Shown here: positions 22,768 to 32,210 of the stretch, piece by piece
Layout: each line of letters begins with the position of its first letter
How positions within the stretch are numbered: position 1 is the stretch's first letter
NCBI GenBank assembly: GCA_025450075.1
Contig: JANWIC010000003.1
Location: forward strand, 32,800-96,799
Origin: Patescibacteria group bacterium
Lineage (GTDB): Bacteria; Patescibacteriota; Dojkabacteria; JAKAPS01
Reading direction: 5' to 3'
Length of the DNA: 64,000 nt
Position numbers and translations under genes: made by a program
The notes under the pieces: model-generated
What the model saw: only the letters and a program-made list of their open reading frames with translations
Database searches by the model: none
What the model was told of the DNA's origin: nothing

Positions 22768-23631
22768 TCATACAACTTTTTGATGAGCGTTATTTGAGGA
22801 TACCTTCATCTTTAATGCCTCTTCCGGTTTTAGTGAAATTGACCAAAGTATTTCAAATATTTGCTTTTGTAGACTTGCAATAGCTTTGCTGTGTATTTCT
22901 ACTCCAAATATTTCTCCTTCCGTATTCCAATCAAAGAAACATACAACATCATTATAAATTGTTACCTGGTGATCTATTTTTAATTGCTCAGCGGGGATAT
23001 ATCGAAACATATAATTTTTAAAAAGTTCACCTTTAGTATAATATACTATATTTTCTTTTGTCAGGTATGGGTCATCAGTTGAAATAATTTCCCTTTCAGT
23101 AATTCCTCTTTCGTAGCATATCTCCCTGTATCTCTTTGCGAAAGTCTTTCCGAATATATCGACTTCCGTAAGATAATAATACGATAGAAGTTCTTTTGAT
23201 TCCAGTTCATGCCATATCATTTGTTTCAAGCCATCTTTACCACGATAAAATAATACTTCTGCCGCATTGTTATAACTATCTTTTCCTTCCTGTTCCAAGA
23301 TCTTTTGGAGCTTTGGAAATTCTTGCTCAATTTCTTGTATCTTTTGTCTTTTCTTTTCAATAAGGAAATATAACTCTTGAGGTTTAACAGCCTGTACTTT
23401 TTTTGATTTGTCTTCCGGAATTTCTTTGCAAATTCCCGTTTTTATCATGTTCTCAATTAACCGGTATAGAGTAGTTCTAGGAAGGCATGTATCTCTAGCA
23501 AGTTGAAGCAGGGTAGCTTCTTTGCGCTTTAGAAGCGCTTTATACACCAGCGTTTCTTTATCAGAAAGTCCTAATTCTTCAAAAAATGAAATAAGTTGAT
23601 CCATAATTACTGTCCACCATTTGGACAACAA
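22768..23631 (-). CDS. Putative transcriptional regulator with an N-terminal winged-HTH domain (TrmB-like)
   Basis: The N-terminus LSDKETLVYKALLKRKEATLLQLARDTCLPRTTLYRLIENMIKTGI is typical of TrmB/MarR-type wHTH domains. It is the only minus-strand gene in this block. Confidence 0.45.
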   Translation of the reverse strand: MLSKWWTVIMDQLISFFEELGLSDKETLVYKALLKRKEATLLQLARDTCLPRTTLYRLIENMIKTGICKEIPEDKSKKVQAVKPQELYFLIEKKRQKIQEIEQEFPKLQKILEQEGKDSYNNAAEVLFYRGKDGLKQMIWHELESKELLSYYYLTEVDIFGKTFAKRYREICYERGITEREIISTDDPYLTKENIVYYTKGELFKNYMFRYIPAEQLKIDHQVTIYNDVVCFFDWNTEGEIFGVEIHSKAIASLQKQIFEILWSISLKPEEALKMKVSSNNAHQKVV

Positions 23632-23681
23632 TTATACATTGCAGCACATGCATAATACAATAGGGATATCATATAATAGAT

Positions 23682-24395
23682 ATGAATAAAAGGAAGAAGG
23701 AACAATTCGCTGTTATAACTGGGGCAAGTACGGGAATTGGAAGAGCTATAGCAAAACAACTAGGTGATCGGGGATATTACCTTCTTCTTTTAGGAAAAAG
23801 TATTGATGGAATGAAGCAAACATTAAATGGATATTCAGGAGAAATATTTATTGTTGATCTTAAGAAAAAGAAAGAAATATTTTCTGTTTGCAGGAAGATA
23901 AAAGGTAAATATCCTCAAATTAATGTTTTAGCAAATGTAGCCGGTGTCTATCATAATCAATCCAGGGCATTTGCAGACATCCCCTATGAAAAATACTCAC
24001 ATGTTCAGTTGCAAGAAATTATGTCGGTAAATTTAGAAGCTCCAATGATATTATGTCACGAGCTTCTGACACATATGCCTCGTAATGGTAAAGTTATAAA
24101 TATATCGGGTACTTTTGAATCCGGAGCAAAGGGTTGGTTACCATATTATCTAGCAAAAAAAGGAGTTGAAGATTTTACCATTGGGCTTGCTCAGGAAGTT
24201 GCTGATAAAAAGATTCAAGTTAATTGTATATCTCCCTCTGATACTAAGACTGAAGGATATGAAAAATACTTTCCTGAATATGCTAAAGATGATATTTGTT
24301 TGCAGCCTAGTGAGGTTGCAAAAATAGCAGAGTTTTTAACAACTGCAGATTCAAAAATAATTTCGGGACAAATTATAACCGTAAAGCGATACTAG
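23682..24395 (+). CDS. Short-chain dehydrogenase/reductase (SDR) family oxidoreductase
   Basis: TGASTGIGRAIA Rossmann motif, a catalytic YxxxK (YYLAK) and an NVAG-like motif (ANVAGV). Confidence 0.75.
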   Translation: MNKRKKEQFAVITGASTGIGRAIAKQLGDRGYYLLLLGKSIDGMKQTLNGYSGEIFIVDLKKKKEIFSVCRKIKGKYPQINVLANVAGVYHNQSRAFADIPYEKYSHVQLQEIMSVNLEAPMILCHELLTHMPRNGKVINISGTFESGAKGWLPYYLAKKGVEDFTIGLAQEVADKKIQVNCISPSDTKTEGYEKYFPEYAKDDICLQPSEVAKIAEFLTTADSKIISGQIITVKRY

Positions 24396-25190
24396 TTGCT
24401 ATCATCTAAAACTCATGTTATATTCCAAACATATTATCCATTTATTATGAATCCCTTAGAAAACTTGGCAGATTATTCCTCAGAGACAGGGGGATTAGGT
24501 TATGTGGATATTGAAAAAGTTATTACTGATGTCTTAAGTGGAAAAAGTGAATATGAAGATGGGAAAAGATTATTAAGTGGTATTGTAAGTAGAACTCTAG
24601 GTGCTTCTTATAATGATATATATTCTTCAATTGCTGATATTAGTATACATGTGGCGGGTTGGTTAATTGCATTTGGAATTGATCCAAGAAGAAATACAAT
24701 GGAAAATGGTACAGTAAAGAATTCTGATCCAAAAACTATATTATCCGAAATGTCAGGAGAATATGAGAGAAGTGGAAAATATACTGAAAATAAAATATTG
24801 CATGAGGCGTATACAAGCACTTATGAACTTTTATGTCGTTATCAACGTCTTCCTGAACATAGAACTTTAGTGGTCGATGATGTGATAAAAGCATTGGAGG
24901 AGAAATTAACATTAGGAAGAATAAATTTTATTGAAGGTAGAATGATGATTTTAAGAGCTATGCCTGATTTTATAAGTCATGGAGGTGTATATGGTGATAT
25001 TAAATTTGCGGCATATGCATTAGCTTTTGGAGTAAAACCTGTAAAAGGTAATGAGCAAGATGGATACAAGATTGGAAATCGATTTGAAATATACAACGAA
25101 TTTATGCGGGAGTTAATAAATTTAGGATTTTTGGTTGAAGCATATAACTTATTAGAAATATATGCAGAATTAACAAGATTAATAGATTAA
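24396..25190 (+). CDS. Hypothetical protein, start abutting the SDR stop codon
   Basis: 264-aa ORF beginning immediately after the SDR stop. Confidence 0.4.
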   Translation: MLSSKTHVIFQTYYPFIMNPLENLADYSSETGGLGYVDIEKVITDVLSGKSEYEDGKRLLSGIVSRTLGASYNDIYSSIADISIHVAGWLIAFGIDPRRNTMENGTVKNSDPKTILSEMSGEYERSGKYTENKILHEAYTSTYELLCRYQRLPEHRTLVVDDVIKALEEKLTLGRINFIEGRMMILRAMPDFISHGGVYGDIKFAAYALAFGVKPVKGNEQDGYKIGNRFEIYNEFMRELINLGFLVEAYNLLEIYAELTRLID

Positions 25191-25260
25191 GTTGTATGAT
25201 AAGTTATTTAGATTAATTGCTACTTTTTCCAATATTTAATACAATCTACTCATACTTTCC

Positions 25261-25334
25261 GGGGCTGTAGCTCAGGTGGTTAGAGCACTTGCATGGCATG
25301 CAAGGGGTCAGGAGTTCGAGTCTCCTTAGCTCCA
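25261..25334 (+). tRNA. tRNA-Ala (anticodon GGC)
   Basis: GGGGCTG acceptor stem with G3:U70. Anticodon loop ATGGCAT. TTCGAGTCT T-loop. Confidence 0.75.
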
Positions 25335-25389
25335 TTTTATTGAATTGCACTTGTAAATTAGAGTATAATCCATTAGTCACGAACGAAAT

Positions 25390-27786
25390 ATGGGACAAAC
25401 TTATGACTTTGCAAAAATTGAAGAGAAATGGTTAAAGAGATGGAATGAAAAAGGGGTCTTTACCACAAATTTAAAAGAGAAGAACAAGCCTAAATTCTAT
25501 AACCTCTGTATGTTTCCATATCCGTCTGCAGCAATGTTACACGTGGGGCATGCATATACATATAGCGGAACTGACGCATATGGTAGATTTAAACGTCATT
25601 TAGGGTTAAATGTCTTCCAGCCTATGGGATTTGATGCATTTGGCATCCATGGCGAAAACTTTGCAATTAAAGTAAATAGACATCCAAGTGATGTGTTGGA
25701 AGAAAATGTTAAAAACTTTAAATCCCAGATGGATAAGTTGGGGGTTATGTTTGACTGGTCACATACAGTAAACACCTCATATCCTGACTATTACAAATGG
25801 ACCCAATGGATTTTTGTCCAGTTGTATAAAAATGGATTGGTTGAGCGGAAAAGCGCTCAAGTAAATTGGTGTCCTTCATGTAAAACCGTGTTGGCAGATG
25901 AACAGGTTATCCAAGGAAGATGTGAGCGATGTTCTACTCTAACAGAAAAGAAAGAGATGTTACAGTGGTTTTTCAAAATCACAGACTATGCACAACGGTT
26001 ATTGGACAACTATGATACGATTGATTGGCCACAAAAAGCAGTTGCTTTGCAAAAGAATTGGATTGGTAAATCAGAAGGTGCTGTTATTTCCTTTGATTTA
26101 CAGAATGAAAATGGTGAGGTAATTCCGGAAAACCTTGAGGTTTTTACGACACGTCCTGATACAATTTTTGGTGTTACTTTCATTGTCATTTCAACCAAGC
26201 ATTCATTAATTAAACGGGTAAGTAGTAAGGCATATGAAGATGTTATCTCCTTTATTAAAGAATCTGAAAGCCAGACAGCTGTAGAAAATCAAAAAAATAA
26301 AGCAGGAGTATTTACCGGTATATATGCAAAGAATCCTTTAAGTGAAGATAAAGTTCCTGTTTATGTTGCAAACTATGTTTTAAATGATTATGGAACTGGG
26401 GCTTTAATGGGTGTGCCTGCTCATGATCTGCGGGATTATGAATTTGCAAAGAAATATGAAATTGATATTAAACCAGTAATTGCATCTGATGGAAAAGAAA
26501 TTCCATTCGAAGATGAGGGAGTTCTAATTAAATCCGAAGCGTATGATGGTATGGAGTCATCTACAGCAAGAGATAAGATAATAAAAGATTTGAAAAAGAA
26601 AAAGAAAGGATATGAACATACTACATATAAATTACGTGATTGGTTGATATCAAGGCAACGATATTGGGGTCCACCAATTCCGATAGTATATTGTGATGAT
26701 TGCGGCCCGGTGGTTGTTGAAGACTTACCGGTATTTTTACCGAATGTGGAAGATTTCAAACCGAAAGGTGATGGAAAATCACCATTGGCAAATATTGAAT
26801 CATTTATAAATACTACATGTCCTAAATGTGGAGGAAAAGCAAGACGTGAAACTGATGTCTTAGATAATTTTGTTGATTCATCTTGGTATTTTTTGCGATA
26901 CCCTTCTGTAGGTATTGAAGATAAACCATTTGATCCATCTTTGACTAAGAAATGGTTACCGGTTGATGTATATATCGGTGGATTAGAGCATGCTGTTTTA
27001 CACCTGTTATATGCCCGTTTTATTGTAATGGCTTTACATGATATTGGGTATCTTGATTTTGAAGAACCATTTACCAAACTTCGTGCGAATGGATTAATCA
27101 TTAAAGATGGAGCAAAAATGAGTAAATCAAAGGGAAACGTTATTAATCCTGATGATTATTTGAAAGCATACGGAGCAGATGTCCTACGAACATATTTGTT
27201 ATTTATAGCCCCATTTTCTGAAGGGGGAGATTTCTCTGATCGGAATATAGTGGGAATTGTTCGTTTCTTAGAAAAAGTATGGCAAATGCGTGCATTAACC
27301 GGAAAGGCGAAAAAAACGACAGTTTCTTTTGACCAGTTATATGAATTTACAAAAAAAATTACGGAAGATATTGAAAGCTTACGATATAACACAGCAATAT
27401 CTGCTTTGATGGAATATATTACTTGGATAAACAAACATGCACAAGAGATTGCCTCAAAAGATATGGTTACTATTAAAGAAAACTTCTTAGTTATGATATC
27501 TGTTTTCGCGCCATTCATATCTGAGGAAATATGGGAAGAAATGGGTCATTCTGAATTCATTATTGATGCAAATTGGCCAGAATTGGTTGAAGTAACAAAA
27601 AAGGAAGTAGATATTCCTATACAAATTAACGGGAAAGTTCGATCAACAATAAAGGCGAAAATCGATATAGATGAAGAACAAATAGTAAAGATTGCATTAA
27701 ATGATGAAATTGTGAAAAAATATATTACTGGAAGATATAAAAAAATTGTTTACGTCAAAAATAAAATATTGAATATTATCCTTTAA
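25390..27786 (+). CDS. leuS: Leucyl-tRNA synthetase
   Basis: HIGH motif (HVGHAYTY), KMSKS motif, a CP1 editing domain and an anticodon-binding domain. 798 aa. Confidence 0.95.
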   Translation: MGQTYDFAKIEEKWLKRWNEKGVFTTNLKEKNKPKFYNLCMFPYPSAAMLHVGHAYTYSGTDAYGRFKRHLGLNVFQPMGFDAFGIHGENFAIKVNRHPSDVLEENVKNFKSQMDKLGVMFDWSHTVNTSYPDYYKWTQWIFVQLYKNGLVERKSAQVNWCPSCKTVLADEQVIQGRCERCSTLTEKKEMLQWFFKITDYAQRLLDNYDTIDWPQKAVALQKNWIGKSEGAVISFDLQNENGEVIPENLEVFTTRPDTIFGVTFIVISTKHSLIKRVSSKAYEDVISFIKESESQTAVENQKNKAGVFTGIYAKNPLSEDKVPVYVANYVLNDYGTGALMGVPAHDLRDYEFAKKYEIDIKPVIASDGKEIPFEDEGVLIKSEAYDGMESSTARDKIIKDLKKKKKGYEHTTYKLRDWLISRQRYWGPPIPIVYCDDCGPVVVEDLPVFLPNVEDFKPKGDGKSPLANIESFINTTCPKCGGKARRETDVLDNFVDSSWYFLRYPSVGIEDKPFDPSLTKKWLPVDVYIGGLEHAVLHLLYARFIVMALHDIGYLDFEEPFTKLRANGLIIKDGAKMSKSKGNVINPDDYLKAYGADVLRTYLLFIAPFSEGGDFSDRNIVGIVRFLEKVWQMRALTGKAKKTTVSFDQLYEFTKKITEDIESLRYNTAISALMEYITWINKHAQEIASKDMVTIKENFLVMISVFAPFISEEIWEEMGHSEFIIDANWPELVEVTKKEVDIPIQINGKVRSTIKAKIDIDEEQIVKIALNDEIVKKYITGRYKKIVYVKNKILNIIL

Positions 27787-27789
27787 TTT

Positions 27790-28533
27790 ATGCATACATT
27801 TTTAAAAGTCGGTGTTCCTGTTATTACTGTTATTATTATTTGCATTATCGCATTTTTTATGTTTAAACCAGATGCAACAACTCCTGCAACATCAAGCCAT
27901 ATAGGAGATTCAAGTTCATGTAATATTAAGTTTCAACCAGCAATCAAGCAGTACCAGGCTTATCCTGCAATGTGCATTGATAAAAATAAAACATATACAG
28001 CAGTTATCCATACATCTCTTGGAGATATTACAATGGATCTTTTAGCAAAAAACGCTCCAAAAACAGTAAATAGCTTCGTCTTCTTAGCAAAATCAGGCTT
28101 TTACAATAATTTGATATTTCATAGGATAATTCCCGGATTTGTCATCCAAGGTGGTGATCCTAAAGGAAATGGAACTGGAGGCCCTGGATATACATTTGCT
28201 GATGAAATTAATCCTGATACACTTGGTCTAAACTCTGATCAGATTAAGAATAATGAAGCTTCAGGGTATGTCTATGACCACTCACTACAAACAGTTAAAT
28301 TTGTTACCGGAATAGTGGGTATGGCTAATTCGGGACCGAATACAAATGGAAGCCAATTCTTTATCACACTTGATACTCAATCACAACTAGATGGATCATA
28401 TACACCGTTTGCACAAGTTACTTCTGGAATGGATGTTGTTAATACAATAGCTCAACTTCCAACAGACCCGAATGCAAAACCAAATAATCCTCCGGTTATC
28501 AAGTCTATTGAAATAACAGAAAAGTTGAGGTAG
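27790..28533 (+). CDS. Cyclophilin-type peptidyl-prolyl cis-trans isomerase with an N-terminal membrane anchor
   Basis: FHRIIPGFVIQGGDP and GMANSGPNTNGSQFFIT cyclophilin signatures. N-terminal TM helix. Confidence 0.85.
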   Translation: MHTFLKVGVPVITVIIICIIAFFMFKPDATTPATSSHIGDSSSCNIKFQPAIKQYQAYPAMCIDKNKTYTAVIHTSLGDITMDLLAKNAPKTVNSFVFLAKSGFYNNLIFHRIIPGFVIQGGDPKGNGTGGPGYTFADEINPDTLGLNSDQIKNNEASGYVYDHSLQTVKFVTGIVGMANSGPNTNGSQFFITLDTQSQLDGSYTPFAQVTSGMDVVNTIAQLPTDPNAKPNNPPVIKSIEITEKLR

Positions 28534-28563
28534 AGTATATTCATATATCATACGCACTATAAT

Positions 28564-29445
28564 ATGTCGGATGAAGGTGCTTTGCCTACTGAAGCAGGTA
28601 AAAGAAATGAGTGGGAGGATTCTGTTTCAGATGGATTATCCCTAGTGTTTGATGAGATAAAAGTATATTTTTCAGTTTTTCTTTCCCTACCGAATGAAGA
28701 ATTTTTAGTCCAACAGGAAAGACTAAAATTATTGCAAGATCCGAATACACACCGACAAGCTAGAGATCTCCTTTTGACCTATGTTGAAATAATAGGAGCT
28801 TTATATCAAAAAGGTGAAACGTATGTTGGAATTCACTTTGATGAGATTCTTAAAATAATTTCATCTGGCGTACTAGTTTTAGGAGATATTAACCCTAATG
28901 AAATTGAAAGAAGAATTATTGAACTTAAGGCATCTATTTCTCAAGAAAACTCCGATTTTCAAACTGTTAAAGCACTTGAGAAATATATTAATGGTTTAAG
29001 TATTTTTCGTGCGAATGAAAAAATAGAAGTCGTTGAAAAAGCTATCATAGCAGAATTGGCAGCGATTTTGTTAACGGGAAATGAAAGTCTTGCAAGAAGG
29101 AAATGGATAGACATTCGAAGTAGATTGCAAAGGAACCTTCATCAGTGGCTAGGGTTGTACCAGTTGCAAAGTAGGGTCGAAAATTGGATAAATAGTAATA
29201 TTCCGGAAGAAGAAGTGTCTACTCCTATTATTAAACCACTAACATCTGAAGAAAATTATTATACTTTCCTTGGGGTAGCAAGAAATGCTAGTGTAGAAGA
29301 GATAAGGAAAGCATTTAGAAGAATTGCATTGCAAACACATCCAGATGTAGTAAAAGGTAGGGAAGAAGATTTTAAAAAAGCATTGAGGGCTGTTGATATT
29401 CTTTCAGATCCTAATCAAAGAGAATTATATGATAGAAGTATATAA
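28564..29445 (+). CDS. J-domain protein (DnaJ-like co-chaperone) with a C-terminal J domain
   Basis: C-terminal YYTFLGVARNASVEEIRKAFRRIALQTHPDV contains the HPD tripeptide. There is no Gly/Phe or zinc-finger region. Confidence 0.65.
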   Translation: MSDEGALPTEAGKRNEWEDSVSDGLSLVFDEIKVYFSVFLSLPNEEFLVQQERLKLLQDPNTHRQARDLLLTYVEIIGALYQKGETYVGIHFDEILKIISSGVLVLGDINPNEIERRIIELKASISQENSDFQTVKALEKYINGLSIFRANEKIEVVEKAIIAELAAILLTGNESLARRKWIDIRSRLQRNLHQWLGLYQLQSRVENWINSNIPEEEVSTPIIKPLTSEENYYTFLGVARNASVEEIRKAFRRIALQTHPDVVKGREEDFKKALRAVDILSDPNQRELYDRSI

Positions 29446-29684
29446 ATAAACTCATTCTGAATTATAACTGTTGTGTATTTTTTCTTTCTTCTAAAAGTTG
29501 GTTTAAAAGATGTAATCGTTTTTCCATTGGCTGAATTTCATCTTCTGAAAACCTTTGTGTATCTCTCATATATGCTACTATCCTTTCAATTTCCTAAGTT
29601 TTGTATAAGAACGAATGCTTTAGGGTATCGATATAATAAATCTTTCCAGAGAATGCGACATAATTTGAATTATACAAGTCGAAT

Positions 29685-30149
29685 CTAACAGGTAATCTCT
29701 ATATTAAATATCTCTGCGAAATAATATATATTTTCCTGATATCGCTGATTAGGGTCAAAAGGTATTCTCTGTCTAATGCTTCCAGTTTTTAAAGGTAATA
29801 TAGAACCTCCTAAGGTAGCAATAAATCGGGGGAAATTATCAGGAAACAGTGTAGAAAGCACAGCGTGAGTATGAAAAAGAATTCTTGATTCTTCAAAATT
29901 CATTGACCTCTTTAACCGTAATGCCAAAACAAGATCTGGACGGGTAGGGTGTGTTAGGACAATATGTTCACTTCCTCTACCGATTATCTCCACTCCATTG
30001 CTCTGAGCAAGTGCAGCTAATTCCTGTTTAGACATTGCTAGAAATGATTCCCAATTATCACTTCCTTCGATTTGCCATTCTAATAGTTTTTCAATAAATA
30101 GGGTGGGATGAGGAATTAGGAGCTCATATCCTGATGATTCACTTAACAT
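29685..30149 (-). CDS. Hypothetical protein
   Basis: 154-aa ORF with no recognised motifs. Confidence 0.35.
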   Translation of the reverse strand: MLSESSGYELLIPHPTLFIEKLLEWQIEGSDNWESFLAMSKQELAALAQSNGVEIIGRGSEHIVLTHPTRPDLVLALRLKRSMNFEESRILFHTHAVLSTLFPDNFPRFIATLGGSILPLKTGSIRQRIPFDPNQRYQENIYYFAEIFNIEITC

Positions 30150-30174
30150 GGATGGATTTACTATTGATTAGAGG

Positions 30175-30792
30175 TTACTTCTTTTTCTTTTTATTTAATT
30201 TTCCGGTATATCCCATTGCTTTATGATGAGATAATTCATGCTGGTCAAAAATTTCATCAGTATTAAACCAGAGGTCAATCTCAAAATCAGCTTCTTCCTT
30301 GTTTCCAGAAGCGTGAATAAGGTTATAAAAAGGACGTTTCAGATCGTTAGCAAGATCAGCGTTATCGAAGCTATAATCGCCTCTGATAGTCCCTGGTGAT
30401 GCCAATGCTGGAACAGTAGATCCAACAAACTTTCGAACCAATTTGATGGCATCTGGCCCCTCAAAGACCATAGCCAGGACAGGTCCAGCTGTTAGGTATT
30501 CAACATTCCATGCTTTAATTAACTTTCCAATTTCCATTGGATTATCAGTTCCAAGTCTTTTAATTGGATCAATTTTTTTCTCTTTGTATTCATCAAGTGT
30601 CCTATTTCCAACTGTCTCGAGCCACTCTTTTGAATTAGGATAGTGTTTATGACCCATTTCTTCAGTCGCTTCAACTAGTTTCATAGCACAGAGTTTTAGC
30701 CCAACACGTTCAAATCTGTGAATGATTTCACCCATAATGCCTCGTGCAACACCATCATGTTTTATTATTACTAAAGTTTTTTCGTATGCCAT
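30175..30792 (-). CDS. ndk: Nucleoside diphosphate kinase paralog A, with a roughly 45-aa internal insertion
   Basis: KTLVIIKHDGVARG, the active-site NLIHASG and a TIRGD motif. 205 aa versus about 140 aa for typical NDK. Confidence 0.8.
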   Translation of the reverse strand: MAYEKTLVIIKHDGVARGIMGEIIHRFERVGLKLCAMKLVEATEEMGHKHYPNSKEWLETVGNRTLDEYKEKKIDPIKRLGTDNPMEIGKLIKAWNVEYLTAGPVLAMVFEGPDAIKLVRKFVGSTVPALASPGTIRGDYSFDNADLANDLKRPFYNLIHASGNKEEADFEIDLWFNTDEIFDQHELSHHKAMGYTGKLNKKKKK

Positions 30793-30798
30793 AACGTA

Positions 30799-31380
30799 TT
30801 AAAAAAATATTGCATCTGATCGATCATATTCCATTGGTTCAAAATCTAGTCCAAACCAAAGCGAAATCTCTCGATTTGCCTCATTTACATCTCCTGAGGC
30901 ATGGACAAGATTACGAACGACTCGATTATTCAAATTTGCAGACATTGGTGAGTCATGTGAAAGATCTCCTGTAATTGTTCCTTTTTCTGCTGTGAATGGG
31001 GTAGTGTCACCACGAAGTTTTCTTGCAACAGAAATTGCATTGACTCCTTCCCAAATCATAACAATAACCGGGCTCATTAGCATGTATGCTTTGAGGTTAT
31101 TTACAACATCAACGCCGATTTTATACGGATCATCAGTTCCCATTTCTTTAACAATATCAAGCCCTAATTCTCTATATGCCCTCACACTTTTTTCACCGGC
31201 CATTTCAACCCATTGGCGATTTGAAATATCATACATTTTTTCTATTATTTTCTCATCTGCCTGGGTCATTTTACAGGCAACCAATTTTAAACCGACTTTT
31301 TCAAATCGATCCATTATGTTTCCGACTAATCCCCGTAAAAGAGTATCTGGTTTTAAAACAACCAATGTATCTTCAATCAT
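30799..31380 (-). CDS. ndk: Nucleoside diphosphate kinase paralog B, with an internal insertion
   Basis: DTLVVLKPDTLLRG, NLVHASGD and TITGD. 193 aa. It sits 6 nt upstream of paralog A on the same strand. Confidence 0.8.
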   Translation of the reverse strand: MIEDTLVVLKPDTLLRGLVGNIMDRFEKVGLKLVACKMTQADEKIIEKMYDISNRQWVEMAGEKSVRAYRELGLDIVKEMGTDDPYKIGVDVVNNLKAYMLMSPVIVMIWEGVNAISVARKLRGDTTPFTAEKGTITGDLSHDSPMSANLNNRVVRNLVHASGDVNEANREISLWFGLDFEPMEYDRSDAIFF

Positions 31381-31457
31381 GTTGTAAATATAACGTCAAT
31401 GTACTATACAACATTTTTATACCGTTTTCAATCATGTTTTGATATAATGCATCTATC

Positions 31458-31532
31458 GTCTCTGTAGCTCAGTCCGGATAGAGCATCTCGGTCCTAACGA
31501 GGGGGTCGCAGGTTCGAATCCTGCCAGGGACA
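31458..31532 (+). tRNA. tRNA-Arg (anticodon CCT)
   Basis: GTCTCTG/CAGGGAC acceptor stem. Anticodon loop GTCCTAA. TTCGAATCC T-loop. Confidence 0.75.
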
Positions 31533-31546
31533 TTTTTTAATCTTCT

Positions 31547-32209
31547 ATGACAAGAAAAACAAAAAGGATCATTGTAAAGAGTGTATTTAATTCTCTCATG
31601 ATTGGATCTATATTGTTCCTTACTGCATCTTTTGGGCCATTTTTACGGTATGAAATTGAATATCGTCTTTTTGTCCTTTCCGGGAAAAAATATGCAATTG
31701 ATTCCACAAACGGTACTACAAACACAGGCCTTATTCAAGCTATCTTCTCTCATAGCGAAACTATCTTTATCAAGCCGATTGACTCTAATTTTGATATCAT
31801 TATCCCTAAAATCGGTTTAAATGAAAGGATTATTGATAATGTTGATAGCAATAATGTCCAAGCTGTAGAGGATAGTTTAAAGATTGGAGTAGGGAGAGCG
31901 AGAGGGACTGCTTATCCTGATCAATACGGAAATATGTATTTATTTGCTCATTCGAGTACAAATGTATTGTCCATTGACAGGTATAATGCGGTGTTTACAT
32001 TGCTACGGGATATGAAAGACGGTGATCTTGTTTATGTTTTTTATAAAGGAAAAGAATATACCTATCAAATATATACGCAGATTATTGTTTCTCCAAATGA
32101 TACAAAAGACATTACTTTCAATGCTCCATATCCACAAATAACGCTGCAAACATGTGATCCACCTGGATTTGATATCAATAGGCTACTTCTTAAAGCTAAA
32201 CTAATCTAA
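31547..32209 (+). CDS. Sortase-family transpeptidase (membrane-anchored)
   Basis: N-terminal TM helix. Catalytic His (LFAHSS), a TLxTC motif (ITLQTCDP) and a downstream conserved Arg (NRLLLK). Confidence 0.65.
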   Translation: MTRKTKRIIVKSVFNSLMIGSILFLTASFGPFLRYEIEYRLFVLSGKKYAIDSTNGTTNTGLIQAIFSHSETIFIKPIDSNFDIIIPKIGLNERIIDNVDSNNVQAVEDSLKIGVGRARGTAYPDQYGNMYLFAHSSTNVLSIDRYNAVFTLLRDMKDGDLVYVFYKGKEYTYQIYTQIIVSPNDTKDITFNAPYPQITLQTCDPPGFDINRLLLKAKLI

Positions 32210-32210
32210 G

